Source: an uncultured Candidatus Saccharibacteria bacterium | Lineage (GTDB): Bacteria; Patescibacteriota; Minisyncoccia; Phycocordibacterales; UBA2100 | Reading direction: 5' to 3' | Length of the DNA stretch: 64,000 nucleotides | Assembly (NCBI GenBank): GCA_964545165.1 | Contig: CAZJEQ010000003.1 | Span: 52,990-116,989, forward strand | Shown here: positions 1 through 8,548 of the stretch, in pieces | Numbering within the stretch: position 1 is the first letter of the stretch | How the letters are laid out: every line of letters starts with the position of its first letter | The notes under the pieces: model-generated | Database searches by the model: none | What the model was told of the DNA's origin: nothing | What the model saw: the letters and a program-made list of their open reading frames with translations, nothing else | Position numbers and translations under genes: made by a program

Positions 1-786
1 ATCTTTCAGCGAAAAAAGGCCATACGAGAGCACGACCACGATGGTGAGCGCCGCGACAGATTTTGTGGCTACACGCATAGTCGAATCGGATATCCGCCAC
101 GATGACTTCGCCGGCTCCACGATCTCTTTAAGCTCCATTTTGTGTGGCTGCATTTTTGCAGGTGTGCGTTGAGTAGCCTCAGCAAGTGTGCGGATTTTAA
201 TTGGTGAGACAACAGGGGTGTTGCTTTTGGCGACCGTGGGCATCAGATCATGCCGCTCCTCCTTGAGGTACGTAAGTACAGGACCAGCGCCTGCGTATTC
301 GCCACGTAGTGCCTCAGGAGCGCTAATTCTCGCAAGACCCACCGATTCCACCTGCACCGCTGCAAGGAGCTTGTCCTTGTCGTTTTTATGAGCCACAAGC
401 CCTTCGCGGTCTACGTACCAACGATTTCCTATCTGACGCGAGAGTATTTTGCCCGATCGAGCGAGCTGACCGATGTAATCCTGGTTGTAACCGGTCACTT
501 TTGCTGCCCTGCTGGCCGAAATATAGTCTTTGCCATCAAAAGAGACGATGCTCTCTGGATCGTAGGCTGGGCTGCTCTGCGGTTGCTGTGGCTTAAAATC
601 GGCGGCATTCGCTTTGTAGCCGGTCAGTGAGTCAAGGCGCACATACCACAGACCTCCTACGCGCTGGGCCTCAATAAGCCCCCCGCGGGCCAGCTGGCCA
701 ATATAGTCCTGCGCATAGCCCGTAGCAGCTGCAGCCTTTTTAGAGGATACATAGATCTTGTCTCCGATAGGAAGCTCGTCCGACAT
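1..786 (-). CDS. Tandem HTH_17/excisionase-like DNA-binding domain protein with a C-proximal hydrophobic helix (runs off the window edge; absent from the ORF track)
   Basis: Manual translation from ATG 786 gives MSDELPIGDKIYVSSKKAAAATGYAQDYIGQLARGGLIEAQRVGGLWYV...DGKDYISASRAAKVTGYNQDYIGQLARSGKILSRQIGNRWYV...SVAALTIVVVLSYGLFF. The frame stays open to position 1. TATACT -10 box lies 6 nt upstream. Confidence 0.85.
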   Translation of the reverse strand, partial: MSDELPIGDKIYVSSKKAAAATGYAQDYIGQLARGGLIEAQRVGGLWYVRLDSLTGYKANAADFKPQQPQSSPAYDPESIVSFDGKDYISASRAAKVTGYNQDYIGQLARSGKILSRQIGNRWYVDREGLVAHKNDKDKLLAAVQVESVGLARISAPEALRGEYAGAGPVLTYLKEERHDLMPTVAKSNTPVVSPIKIRTLAEATQRTPAKMQPHKMELKEIVEPAKSSWRISDSTMRVATKSVAALTIVVVLSYGLFSLKD

Positions 787-861
787 AGCGGAAGTATACC
801 GTGCTTCCATCTCGGCTATCCGATATAGCGCTCAAATACTGTGGATATTAGGAACTCGGAT

Positions 862-950
862 CACCGACTGTTTCAGGGTCGGGTAATTTTCTGCTGAAAA
901 TTCCCTCAGTCTTGCACCGTCGTGCTGCGAAGACCCTAAAACAGTCGGTG
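862..950. repeat. Intergenic inverted-repeat element (REP/MITE-like)
   Basis: CACCGACTGTTTCAGGGTC (862-880) and GACCCTAAAACAGTCGGTG (932-950) are 19-bp arms with one mismatch. They enclose the hairpin AATTTTC-TGCT-GAAAATT. Confidence 0.75.
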
Positions 951-972
951 CATCCTCGTAGAAGCTGGGGGG

Positions 973-2427
973 TTAGGACATCTTCTGCTGGAGAAGATCA
1001 CGGAGCACTTGCGGGTCTCCTGCCCCGCGCAATTGCTTCATGCACTGTCCGAGGAGAAACTCGAGCGCAGCGGCCTTTCCGGCCTTAAAATCAGCCACTA
1101 CGGTTGGATTCTGGTCGATCACCGCTTGTACGGTACCCTCCAGAGCGCCTGCATCTGTTTTCTGAATCAAGTCATGCTGCTCTGCGAGCACTTCGGGATC
1201 TTTGCCCTCAGAGACAACCATGGCAAGTAGATCCTTCGCCGCGCGAGAGGAAACTTTCTTGGCCTTTACGAGATCCATGAGCTTTCTGAAATATTCTGCT
1301 GAGATCGGGGAAATATCCTGTAATTCCGTTTCTCGGATTCCGGTATCTCGGTTCATCAAGTCTTCATTTTTTGAATCTTTCAGAATTTTGACGAGATCAT
1401 TGGCAATGTAGTTGCTTGCAAGCTTTGCCGACTCGGCGTCGTAGCCGTCCGAGACGACGTCGAAGAATGCACCGAGCGCCCTGTCGCGTATGTAGGCCTC
1501 AGTATCCTCCGTACTTATACCAAGTGCCGTATAGCGAGCTCGACGTGCTGCAGGCAATTCTGGGAGCCCCTGTGCGAGCACCGTGGCATCGTAGGCAGGA
1601 ATCTCGCTCAGCATCAAGGAAGGCAGGTCAGGGTCAGGGAAATAGCGATAGTCCGCGCTTCCCTCTTTTACGCGCTGCGAGAAGGTCGCCTGCTTTGCCT
1701 CGTCCCACCCACGCGTCTCCTGCAGCACCGTGCCGCCGCTCTCCAAGACCTGTTCCTGACGTTTTATCTCGTACTCCACCGCTTTTTCCATCGTACGAAA
1801 GGAGTTGAGATTCTTCACCTCTACCTTCGTACCCAAGGTGCCGTCCTTGCTGATGGAAATGTTTGCCTCGACACGCATCTCGCCTTTCTCCATGTTGGCG
1901 TCCGATACGCCGAGGTAGCGGAGCGTGAGCTGCAGCTCACGCGCGAAATCTCCTGCCTGCTTCGCGCTGGTGATGACCGGGTCAGTGACGAGCTCCATGA
2001 GTGGGACACCAGCGCGGTTGTAGTCGATAACCGTCGCACCAGTCTTTTCGTCGTGGATGGAGCTCGCGGTGTCTTCCTCGAGATGAACGCGTGTCACCGC
2101 TACCCCATCGAGCGAGCCGCCGGAAACGAGTGGATACTCAAATTGCGAAAGCTGATACCCTTTCGGCAGATCGGGATAGAAATAATTTTTACGATCGAAT
2201 TCGGTGTAGTCCGCAAGCTTCGCACCCAAAGCGAGACCAACCTTGAGCACGTGCTTGATCGCTTCCCCATTGATAACCGGAAGCGTGCCAGGATGCGCCA
2301 TACAGACGGGGCAGATGTTGACGTTGGGCTCCGCCTCGTTGGCATCGTTTTTCGAGCGACAAAACATCTTGGTGTGCGTCTTGAGCTCGGCGTGAATTTC
2401 AAGACCAATGGTCGGCTGATAGGACAT
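973..2427 (-). CDS. gatB: Asp-tRNA(Asn)/Glu-tRNA(Gln) amidotransferase subunit B
   Basis: Motifs IGLEIH, CPVC..HPGTLP, FDRKNYFYPDLPKGYQ, HLEED, DYNRAGVPLMELV and YRYFPDPDL. Start trimmed to MSYQ at 2427. Confidence 0.97.
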   Translation of the reverse strand: MSYQPTIGLEIHAELKTHTKMFCRSKNDANEAEPNVNICPVCMAHPGTLPVINGEAIKHVLKVGLALGAKLADYTEFDRKNYFYPDLPKGYQLSQFEYPLVSGGSLDGVAVTRVHLEEDTASSIHDEKTGATVIDYNRAGVPLMELVTDPVITSAKQAGDFARELQLTLRYLGVSDANMEKGEMRVEANISISKDGTLGTKVEVKNLNSFRTMEKAVEYEIKRQEQVLESGGTVLQETRGWDEAKQATFSQRVKEGSADYRYFPDPDLPSLMLSEIPAYDATVLAQGLPELPAARRARYTALGISTEDTEAYIRDRALGAFFDVVSDGYDAESAKLASNYIANDLVKILKDSKNEDLMNRDTGIRETELQDISPISAEYFRKLMDLVKAKKVSSRAAKDLLAMVVSEGKDPEVLAEQHDLIQKTDAGALEGTVQAVIDQNPTVVADFKAGKAAALEFLLGQCMKQLRGAGDPQVLRDLLQQKMS

Positions 2428-2434
2428 ATCGCCA

Positions 2435-2463
2435 AATCTACCAGCCTCTTCCCACGCACTCAA
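2435..2463 (-). promoter_or_regulatory. Sigma70-type promoter for a leaderless gatB transcript
   Basis: TTGAGT-17 nt-TAGATT on the minus strand, ending 7 nt before the ATG. No Shine-Dalgarno sequence. Confidence 0.6.
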
Positions 2464-2875
2464 TCCCCAACACAAGCTCAGCCCGGTCCTCCCAGTGTTT
2501 GCGGCGCGCGGCGGCGCGGTACCTTTCCCGTCCGCGATGCGCCGACTGCCGCGACAGCAAGCACTCCTCGACCCGCGACAACGAGCCGCTCGGGCAGTCT
2601 CGGGACGCCGACGCAGTTCGCGAAAGATACCGCTCTTTCATGCCGAGATCCGAGATAGAGCGTAGTATAGAGCCATCTCGGATGCCGAGATGGCGAGATC
2701 CCCTGAAGAACAGATACCGGCGCGGGCGAAGCTTCGCAAATTGCTATCACTCTCGCCTGCACGCGGTTCGGCTCGATAGAGCATGGTCTTGGGAGGAGCA
2801 GTGTGATCGTGCCGAAAATCGCGCGATTCTTACCCTGGCATAGAGCCTTTTGGGAAATCGCGATACAACACACCG

Positions 2876-2912
2876 AAAAGAAGACCGCAAGCCCTTTTGG
2901 TTCGCGGTCTTC
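2876..2912 (-). terminator. Intrinsic terminator after secA
   Basis: GAAGACCGC...GCGGTCTTC stem followed by TTTT on the minus strand, 30 nt after the secA stop. Confidence 0.75.
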
Positions 2913-2941
2913 CCTTTCCGAGTCCTGATTGCGGAGCGCTT

Positions 2942-5470
2942 TTACTGCACAATGCGCCACCCTTTCTTGAGATAGTCCTCTGCTTTTTTGAATTTCATTT
3001 CAAGCGTCTCAGTGCCGTTGGTGATCTGAACTTTGTCATTGCGCGCGAATGATGCAGGAGAGAGCGATGCGCTCTGCGTAACCGAACGCGCAGCATTTTC
3101 TATTGCACGCTGCCCGGGTGCGGCGACCTGCACTGATGCTGCAGGCGCGACGCCGATGTTTGCGAGCGCGGCAAGTGATTGCTCAGCGTACGTCTCTTCC
3201 ATTCGCTGGAATAAACGAAGGCCTTCTTTTTTATATTCGATGAGTGGATCACGCTGACCATACGCGCGAAGATTTACTGAGCTGCGCAAATATTCCATCG
3301 CTTCGAGATGCTCAACCCAGAGAAAGTCGATTCCCTGCAGAAAGAGTCGGCGGACCGACGGGTAGAAATTCTCACCGAGCTCAATGCGCTTTTTGTCGAC
3401 TGCTGCGACCGCATCTGCATCACCAAAGGTGAGCCGCTCCAGCTCCCCTTCCAGATCCTGATCTGCTCCGGTGAGCATCAGCCGGCGGCGCGCATAAATG
3501 CTCTGACGCTGGATGTTGAGGACGTCATCATAGGCGAGCACGTGTTTGCGGGCATCGAAGTTGAGCTCCTCGATTTTGATCTGTGCCTTTTCGAGCGAGC
3601 GCGTAATCATCGAATTGTATATGGGTTCATCCTCAGGAATCTTGAAGGTGCCCATCACCCGTTTGATCATGTCACTGGCGAAAATGCGCATGAGACTGTC
3701 TTCGAGCGAAACGAAGAATTGTGTCTCTCCCGGATCGCCCTGACGGCCGGCGCGGCCGCGAAGCTGGTTGTCGATGCGACGTGCTTCGTGACGCTCCGTG
3801 CCGAGCACGAAAAGACCACCGAGCGCTTTCACCTCTTCGTAGCTTTCCTGCGTGCCAGGATTTCCTCCGAGCTTGATGTCGACGCCGCGACCAGCCATGT
3901 TGGTGGCGATCGTGACGCCTCCTCGCTTGCCTGCCTGCGCGATGATCTCGCCTTCACGCTCGTGATTCTTCGCATTCAATACTTCGTGCGGAATGCCTTC
4001 CTGTTTGAAGTGCGCAGCAAGGAGCTCGTTCTTTTCGACTGAGACGGTACCCACGAGGACCGGCTGCCCCTTTTCGTGGAGCGCTTTGACACTGCGTGCG
4101 ATGGCGCGCATCTTGCCGGATTCCGTCTGGAACATCTGGTCATCCAGATCACGTCGCTCAGCCACCTTATTGGTGGGCACGACCACTGTATTGAGGCCAT
4201 ATACCTTGAAAAACTCTTCTGACGAGGTGGCTGCAGTACCGGTCATACCGGCGAGCTTGCCGTAGAGTCGGAAGTAGTTTTGGAAGGTAATCGAGGCAAA
4301 GGTACGGCTCTCCTGCTGTACCGAGACGCCTTCTTTGGCTTCGATTGCCTGATGCAAGCCATCTGACCAGCGACGGCCCGGCTGGAGGCGGCCAGTGAAC
4401 TCATCGACAATAACAATGGAGCCGTCGCGGACGACGTATTCCTTGTCGTTATGGAAGAGCGCAGCGGCGCGCACGGCAGTTTCCAGATGGTGTGCGAACT
4501 TGATGCTCTGATCGGTATATATATTGTCTATACCGAGTGCCTGCTCTGCCTTCTCGATGCCGTGGTCGGTAAGCGTAATCTGCTTCTGCTTCTCATCGAC
4601 CGCGTAGTCTTCATCTCGTACCATCGTACACGCAATCGTCGCGAATTTGTCGTACAACGACTCAGCGTCGGCCACCGGTGCGGAGATAATCAGAGGGGTG
4701 CGCGCCTCATCGATCAGGATTGAGTCGATTTCGTCGACAATAGCGAAGTTGTAGCCACCCTTTTCAGGAAGGCGTTGGCGCAACTGCTCCTTCTGGTACT
4801 CAAGATTGTCTCGAAGGTAGTCGAAGCCGTATTCATTGTTGGTACCGTATGTGATGTCAGCTTCGTACGCTTCACGACGTGTGACAGGGCGGAGAAAGTC
4901 GTGCATCACCTTAAAACTACCGACAATATCAACTTCCTTCTCTTCCCCTTCGCGCTTTTCATCAGGGATGGCGAGCGGATCATATATAAATGATGCTTCG
5001 TGATTGAGAATACCAACCGTCATGCCGAGCGCATGGTAGACCTGACCCATCCATACTGCATCGCGACGAGAGAGGTAGTCGTTGACAGTGATGACGTGGA
5101 CACCGTTGCCGGTAAGCGCATTGAGGTACGCAGGGAGCGTGGCGACGAGTGTCTTGCCTTCGCCGGTGCGCATCTCAGCAATACCACCCTGGTGCAAAAT
5201 CATGCCACCGATAAGCTGTACATCGAAATGGCGCTGCCCGAGCGTACGGCGAGAGGCCTCACGGACTGCCGCGAATGCCTCAGGGGCCAGGTTATCGAGC
5301 TGCTCACCCTTTTGAAGACGTTGTTTAAACTCTGCGGTCTTCTGCTTCAATTCGTCATTGGTAAGTGCCTGCATGGCACCCTCCAGCGCATTGACCTGCG
5401 GCACAATAGGCTCCGCGCGACGTAGGGCCGCGTGGTTTTCGTCTCCAAATACTCGTTTCAAAAACGACAT
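2942..5470 (-). CDS. secA: Preprotein translocase subunit SecA
   Basis: Motifs AEMRTGEGKT, GTNNEYGFDYLRDN, VDEIDSILIDEARTPLIIS, ATNMAGRG and IDNQLRGRAGRQGDPG. Confidence 0.98.
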   Translation of the reverse strand: MSFLKRVFGDENHAALRRAEPIVPQVNALEGAMQALTNDELKQKTAEFKQRLQKGEQLDNLAPEAFAAVREASRRTLGQRHFDVQLIGGMILHQGGIAEMRTGEGKTLVATLPAYLNALTGNGVHVITVNDYLSRRDAVWMGQVYHALGMTVGILNHEASFIYDPLAIPDEKREGEEKEVDIVGSFKVMHDFLRPVTRREAYEADITYGTNNEYGFDYLRDNLEYQKEQLRQRLPEKGGYNFAIVDEIDSILIDEARTPLIISAPVADAESLYDKFATIACTMVRDEDYAVDEKQKQITLTDHGIEKAEQALGIDNIYTDQSIKFAHHLETAVRAAALFHNDKEYVVRDGSIVIVDEFTGRLQPGRRWSDGLHQAIEAKEGVSVQQESRTFASITFQNYFRLYGKLAGMTGTAATSSEEFFKVYGLNTVVVPTNKVAERRDLDDQMFQTESGKMRAIARSVKALHEKGQPVLVGTVSVEKNELLAAHFKQEGIPHEVLNAKNHEREGEIIAQAGKRGGVTIATNMAGRGVDIKLGGNPGTQESYEEVKALGGLFVLGTERHEARRIDNQLRGRAGRQGDPGETQFFVSLEDSLMRIFASDMIKRVMGTFKIPEDEPIYNSMITRSLEKAQIKIEELNFDARKHVLAYDDVLNIQRQSIYARRRLMLTGADQDLEGELERLTFGDADAVAAVDKKRIELGENFYPSVRRLFLQGIDFLWVEHLEAMEYLRSSVNLRAYGQRDPLIEYKKEGLRLFQRMEETYAEQSLAALANIGVAPAASVQVAAPGQRAIENAARSVTQSASLSPASFARNDKVQITNGTETLEMKFKKAEDYLKKGWRIVQ

Positions 5471-5526
5471 TCAAGAATCCTACATCAAAAGCGGCGTCTC
5501 CGCGATTTCTTGTTCATGGCAGCTAT

Positions 5527-5558
5527 AAAAAGGAAGACCCCGCTTTCGCGGGGTCTTC
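5527..5558 (-). terminator. Intrinsic terminator after the Lys-rich micropeptide
   Basis: Perfect 11-bp stem GAAGACCCCGC-GAAA-GCGGGGTCTTC followed by CTTTTT on the minus strand. Confidence 0.85.
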
Positions 5559-5564
5559 TACTCA

Positions 5565-5624
5565 CTAGACGCGCTTCTTAGCCTTCTTGGCCTTCTTCTT
5601 CGTCGTCTTCTTTTTCTTTGCCAT
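5565..5624 (-). CDS. 19-aa lysine-rich micropeptide MAKKKKTTKKKAKKAKKRV
   Basis: ATG at 5624 to TAG at 5565, mostly AAG codons, with an AT-rich leader and a terminator 7 nt downstream. Confidence 0.7.
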   Translation of the reverse strand: MAKKKKTTKKKAKKAKKRV

Positions 5625-5871
5625 ACGATGTAAATGAAATTTGTTTTACTAAACTCGACCCGCTTCGCGCGAAACGCATCAGCGTTTTATAAATTATTGC
5701 ACCGCGCGCGTAACATGATGCGCATTCGTGATAATTATGGGGATAACTTTTCATTTAAAAAAATAATGTGAAAAGAATGAAATTTTGCACGCATGAATGT
5801 ATATTCACGTCATGTACACCCCTTCATGCTTGATGCGTTGCACTGTATCGACAGAATGCTACCCTTCTTAT

Positions 5872-5966
5872 AGGAGAATAAAGGGCGTAGCGTGGAGGGC
5901 GGCGGCACTCACATAAGACTTTCACTTTTTGGAGCTCGCACCCGCCTTCCACAGTACGCCTTTTTT
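5872..5966 (+). ncRNA. Candidate structured small RNA (unassigned)
   Basis: Upstream TTGCAC-16 nt-TACCCT with extended -10 TG (5838-5865). Long stem AAAGGGCGUA..GUGGAGGGCGG / CCGCCUUCCAC..UACGCCUUUU followed by a U-run. Confidence 0.35.
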
Positions 5967-6120
5967 ATTTCAAAAAAGGCTGTGAAGGCGTGCGAGCTCC
6001 AAAAACGAAAGGGGTCGGGAAAACTGCAGTTTTCCCGTGTAGGAGAGTTTTGAGAACCGAGAGGTTCTCAAAGCGAAGCTTTTTGCGTGCTCGCACCCGC
6101 CTTCCACAGTGCGCCTTTTC
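5926..6120. repeat. Hairpin/REP-like cluster with inverted and direct copies of a ~30-bp segment
   Basis: CTCGCACCCGCCTTCCACAGT(A/G)CGCCTTTT occurs at ~5935-5964 and ~6090-6119, with an inverted copy at ~5972-6005. A perfect palindrome CGGGAAAACTGCAGTTTTCCCG lies at 6016-6037 and a hairpin TTTGAGAACC-GAGA-GGTTCTCAAA at 6049-6072. Confidence 0.85.
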
Positions 6121-6137
6121 TCTTTGGAGCGACGATA

Positions 6138-6206
6138 AACGAAAAGTGCCTACCTTGCGGTTGGCACTGATCGGACTTTCTTTTGGAAGCGCCGTTAAGC
6201 ACTCAC
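6138..6206 (-). ncRNA. Candidate ~65-nt small RNA; its terminator may also serve the O-antigen ligase gene
   Basis: TTGCGC-16 nt-TAGAAT (6240-6213), then hairpin AGTGCCAACC-GCAA-GGTAGGCACT with a T-tract (6168-6138). Confidence 0.3.
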
Positions 6207-6243
6207 GTACGAATTCTACTGCTTGGGATGATTTGCGCAACGA

Positions 6244-8475
6244 TTACCGCACCGTACCCGATCGAATTTGTTGGATGAGCGCATCTGCTTGAGCAGCTAC
6301 CGATGGCGAAACACGCTTGGCATCCTGGAGCGCTTCGATCGCACTCGCGCTGTTGCCCCCCTCATAGAAAATTGCCGCGAGCGTGAAGTACGCCTGCACA
6401 TCATCCGGATGTGCGGTGATCTTTGCACGCCATAGTGCCGCTGCTTTCGTGTATTCCTTGCGTTCTATATACACAGAAAGGATGCGCTGATCTGCTGCTT
6501 CCCCCGTCTGTACGAAGGGCGCAATGAGCGATTCACCTTCGGCCGTTTTACCGGCTGCAATGAGCGCCGCCGCGTAGTAGAAGCGTGCGTTCTTATTGGT
6601 CATTTCAAGCTCGTAGGCAATGCGGAAGTATTCAAGCGCCTGCGCATCTTTGCCACGCAATTGTGCGTTTCGCGCGAGTTCAAAATAAATACTCTGCTTC
6701 TCAGGTGACAGATCATGCGCACGCTGCAGTGAGAGCGCCGCGTCATCGTTTTTACTAAATGCTTCTTGCACGAGCCCGAGGAACAAGGGAAATCGCGCAT
6801 CGAGCGGAGACTCTTTCGCCTGGGCCTGCATCTCTGCGACCGCGAGATCGTAAAAGCGCTGTTTAATCTCATTCGATGCGCTCGTCGACTGCACGATCTG
6901 CATGGTACCTTGGGTGAGCTGCTCACGCGCCTCTTGGGTACCAAACGAATGAATCGCGATCGCCTCCTTGAAATACTCGTAATTCTTGCTGATGCCCTCT
7001 GGGTGCTGCGCAACGGCGGAGAGCAGGAGTCGATTTTGCGTCAATGCGCGACCATTCACCCCCCATGCAACGCCCCAGATGACGATGGCAAGGGCGAGCG
7101 CGACATACGGCAACAGCTGCGTAGAGATTTTCGATGATCCAAACAGGTGTTCGGCATTGCGTGCAACACCCGCGCGCTGCGCGATATACGCCAGTACCAG
7201 AGCAAAGAGTATGTAGCTCGTCACGTTGTCGAAGACGAAAAAGTTGTGACAGAGGTACGCCGCGAGCAGGCCCGTGAGAATACTGCGCTCCACAGGAGTG
7301 AATCCCCCACGCCATATGGCCCATGTGGCAGCAGCAAAAATAGAGAGGTATGCGATGAGTCCCAGGAAGCCACCTGCGACGAGCCAATCGAAGACAAAAT
7401 TGTGTACGCGATCGAACCACGGCTCCTGGGCGTACATGCGCGGATCGTAATACTTATCAAACACGATGGCGTAGTTCTCCTGCCCCCAGCCGAGTATCGG
7501 GCGCTCCTTCACACCCTCCCAAGCGATAGACCAGTTGATGAAGCGCGCCTTTACGGTCGCATCTTGGAGCGAAATCGTCGAGAGACGATCAACGAAGACG
7601 ATTTTCTTTGCCCATGCTTGGTCCTTGAGGAGCCAAATACCGCCGGCAAAGAGAATCACCGCAACCACCGCACCTACTGAAATTCTCCAGGCGAGGCGTG
7701 AATTTTTTGACTGGAAGAGTACGAGAAGCGCTGCGAGGAAGACGCCACCGACGAGACCGAGCGTGGTACCGCGCGTACCCGTAAAGAGAAGTGCGAGCGT
7801 ATCAATGGCGATTATCGCCCCATATGCAAGCGAAAGCGGGAGACGCTCCCCCGCACGGCGCTCCTGCCACTGCTGTGCCCAGAGCATCGCCGCGATGAAC
7901 ACATGGAAGAGCATGTACACAGCAAGGTAGATGGGGTTGCCGAAAGTGGCATCAATACGTGCTCCGACACCCGCCGCACCGCCCTGCCCGAGCGTGGTAA
8001 AACCGACTACCTGCAAGAGACCATAGACGGCGAGATAGACGGAGACACCAAGCGATGTCCACCAGAGCGCACGCCAGAGCTTCTCCTTGGTGAGCATTGC
8101 CGACGCGATCACGGTCAACACAAGGACGTGCACGAGCGTGACCCACCCATCCATGCGCTCGAAGTTGCTCCAAATGCTCTTGAAAGGATTGACTCCAAAG
8201 GCATCCGAAATGCCAATGAGCGCCACAAAGATGCCGAGTGCCGCGAGAATCATCGAGCGTCGCGGGCGATATGCGGGATTTACGAGCGCAAGCGCGACAT
8301 ATGCCCCTGCCATGATCTCCACAAGAAAGCGGAAGACGAAATTTTTACCCGTAATATACGGAAAGAAGAGGTTGTAGGGGAAGTGCACTCCGTCAGCCAC
8401 AATCAGGGGCACCACCAGGAGAGCAAAAAGGCTACCGAGAACAATCCAGCGTAAGGTCTTCTCGAGCGTGGTCAT
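6244..8475 (-). CDS. O-antigen ligase/oligosaccharyltransferase family (Wzy_C) membrane protein with C-terminal TPR-like repeats
   Basis: Many TM helices; motifs RIDATFGNPIYLA, TGTRG, RPILGWGQENY and FDRVHN; TPR-like tail. Start MTTLEK at 8475 with TACAAT 7 nt upstream. Confidence 0.88.
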   Translation of the reverse strand: MTTLEKTLRWIVLGSLFALLVVPLIVADGVHFPYNLFFPYITGKNFVFRFLVEIMAGAYVALALVNPAYRPRRSMILAALGIFVALIGISDAFGVNPFKSIWSNFERMDGWVTLVHVLVLTVIASAMLTKEKLWRALWWTSLGVSVYLAVYGLLQVVGFTTLGQGGAAGVGARIDATFGNPIYLAVYMLFHVFIAAMLWAQQWQERRAGERLPLSLAYGAIIAIDTLALLFTGTRGTTLGLVGGVFLAALLVLFQSKNSRLAWRISVGAVVAVILFAGGIWLLKDQAWAKKIVFVDRLSTISLQDATVKARFINWSIAWEGVKERPILGWGQENYAIVFDKYYDPRMYAQEPWFDRVHNFVFDWLVAGGFLGLIAYLSIFAAATWAIWRGGFTPVERSILTGLLAAYLCHNFFVFDNVTSYILFALVLAYIAQRAGVARNAEHLFGSSKISTQLLPYVALALAIVIWGVAWGVNGRALTQNRLLLSAVAQHPEGISKNYEYFKEAIAIHSFGTQEAREQLTQGTMQIVQSTSASNEIKQRFYDLAVAEMQAQAKESPLDARFPLFLGLVQEAFSKNDDAALSLQRAHDLSPEKQSIYFELARNAQLRGKDAQALEYFRIAYELEMTNKNARFYYAAALIAAGKTAEGESLIAPFVQTGEAADQRILSVYIERKEYTKAAALWRAKITAHPDDVQAYFTLAAIFYEGGNSASAIEALQDAKRVSPSVAAQADALIQQIRSGTVR

Positions 8476-8548
8476 GGCGAAGATTGTACCCCGTAGTAGA
8501 TGTTGGCGAAAGGCGTACCTGGGTAGCGACACTTTAGAGCCGTACTGT

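Noticed and set aside
188-630. ORFs 188-391 and 388-630 on the + strand
   Set aside because: They are shadows of the real minus-strand HTH gene (1-786) and show no protein-like motifs.
2438-2960. ORFs 2478-2960 (-), 2499-2843 (+) and 2438-2641 (-)
   Set aside because: Their composition is rich in Arg, Ser and Cys. Two of them cross the secA terminator or the gatB promoter, and none has a recognisable domain.
5894-5951. GGAGGGC...GCCTTCCA as a tRNA or tmRNA acceptor stem
   Set aside because: It spans only ~58 nt with no canonical T-loop, D-arm or anticodon arm. It is kept only as an unassigned RNA candidate.
5926-6120. Repeats as a CRISPR array
   Set aside because: There are only two direct copies with irregular spacing, and no cas genes in the window.
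6171-6186. GAAAGTCCG on the minus strand as the RNase P RNA 5' signature
   Set aside because: It lacks the preceding GAG and any 3' ACAGAA..CGGCTTA partner, and a terminator follows within 40 nt.
5965-6292. ORFs 5965-6240 (-) and 5990-6292 (+)
   Set aside because: They run through palindromic repeats and hairpins and do not look like proteins.
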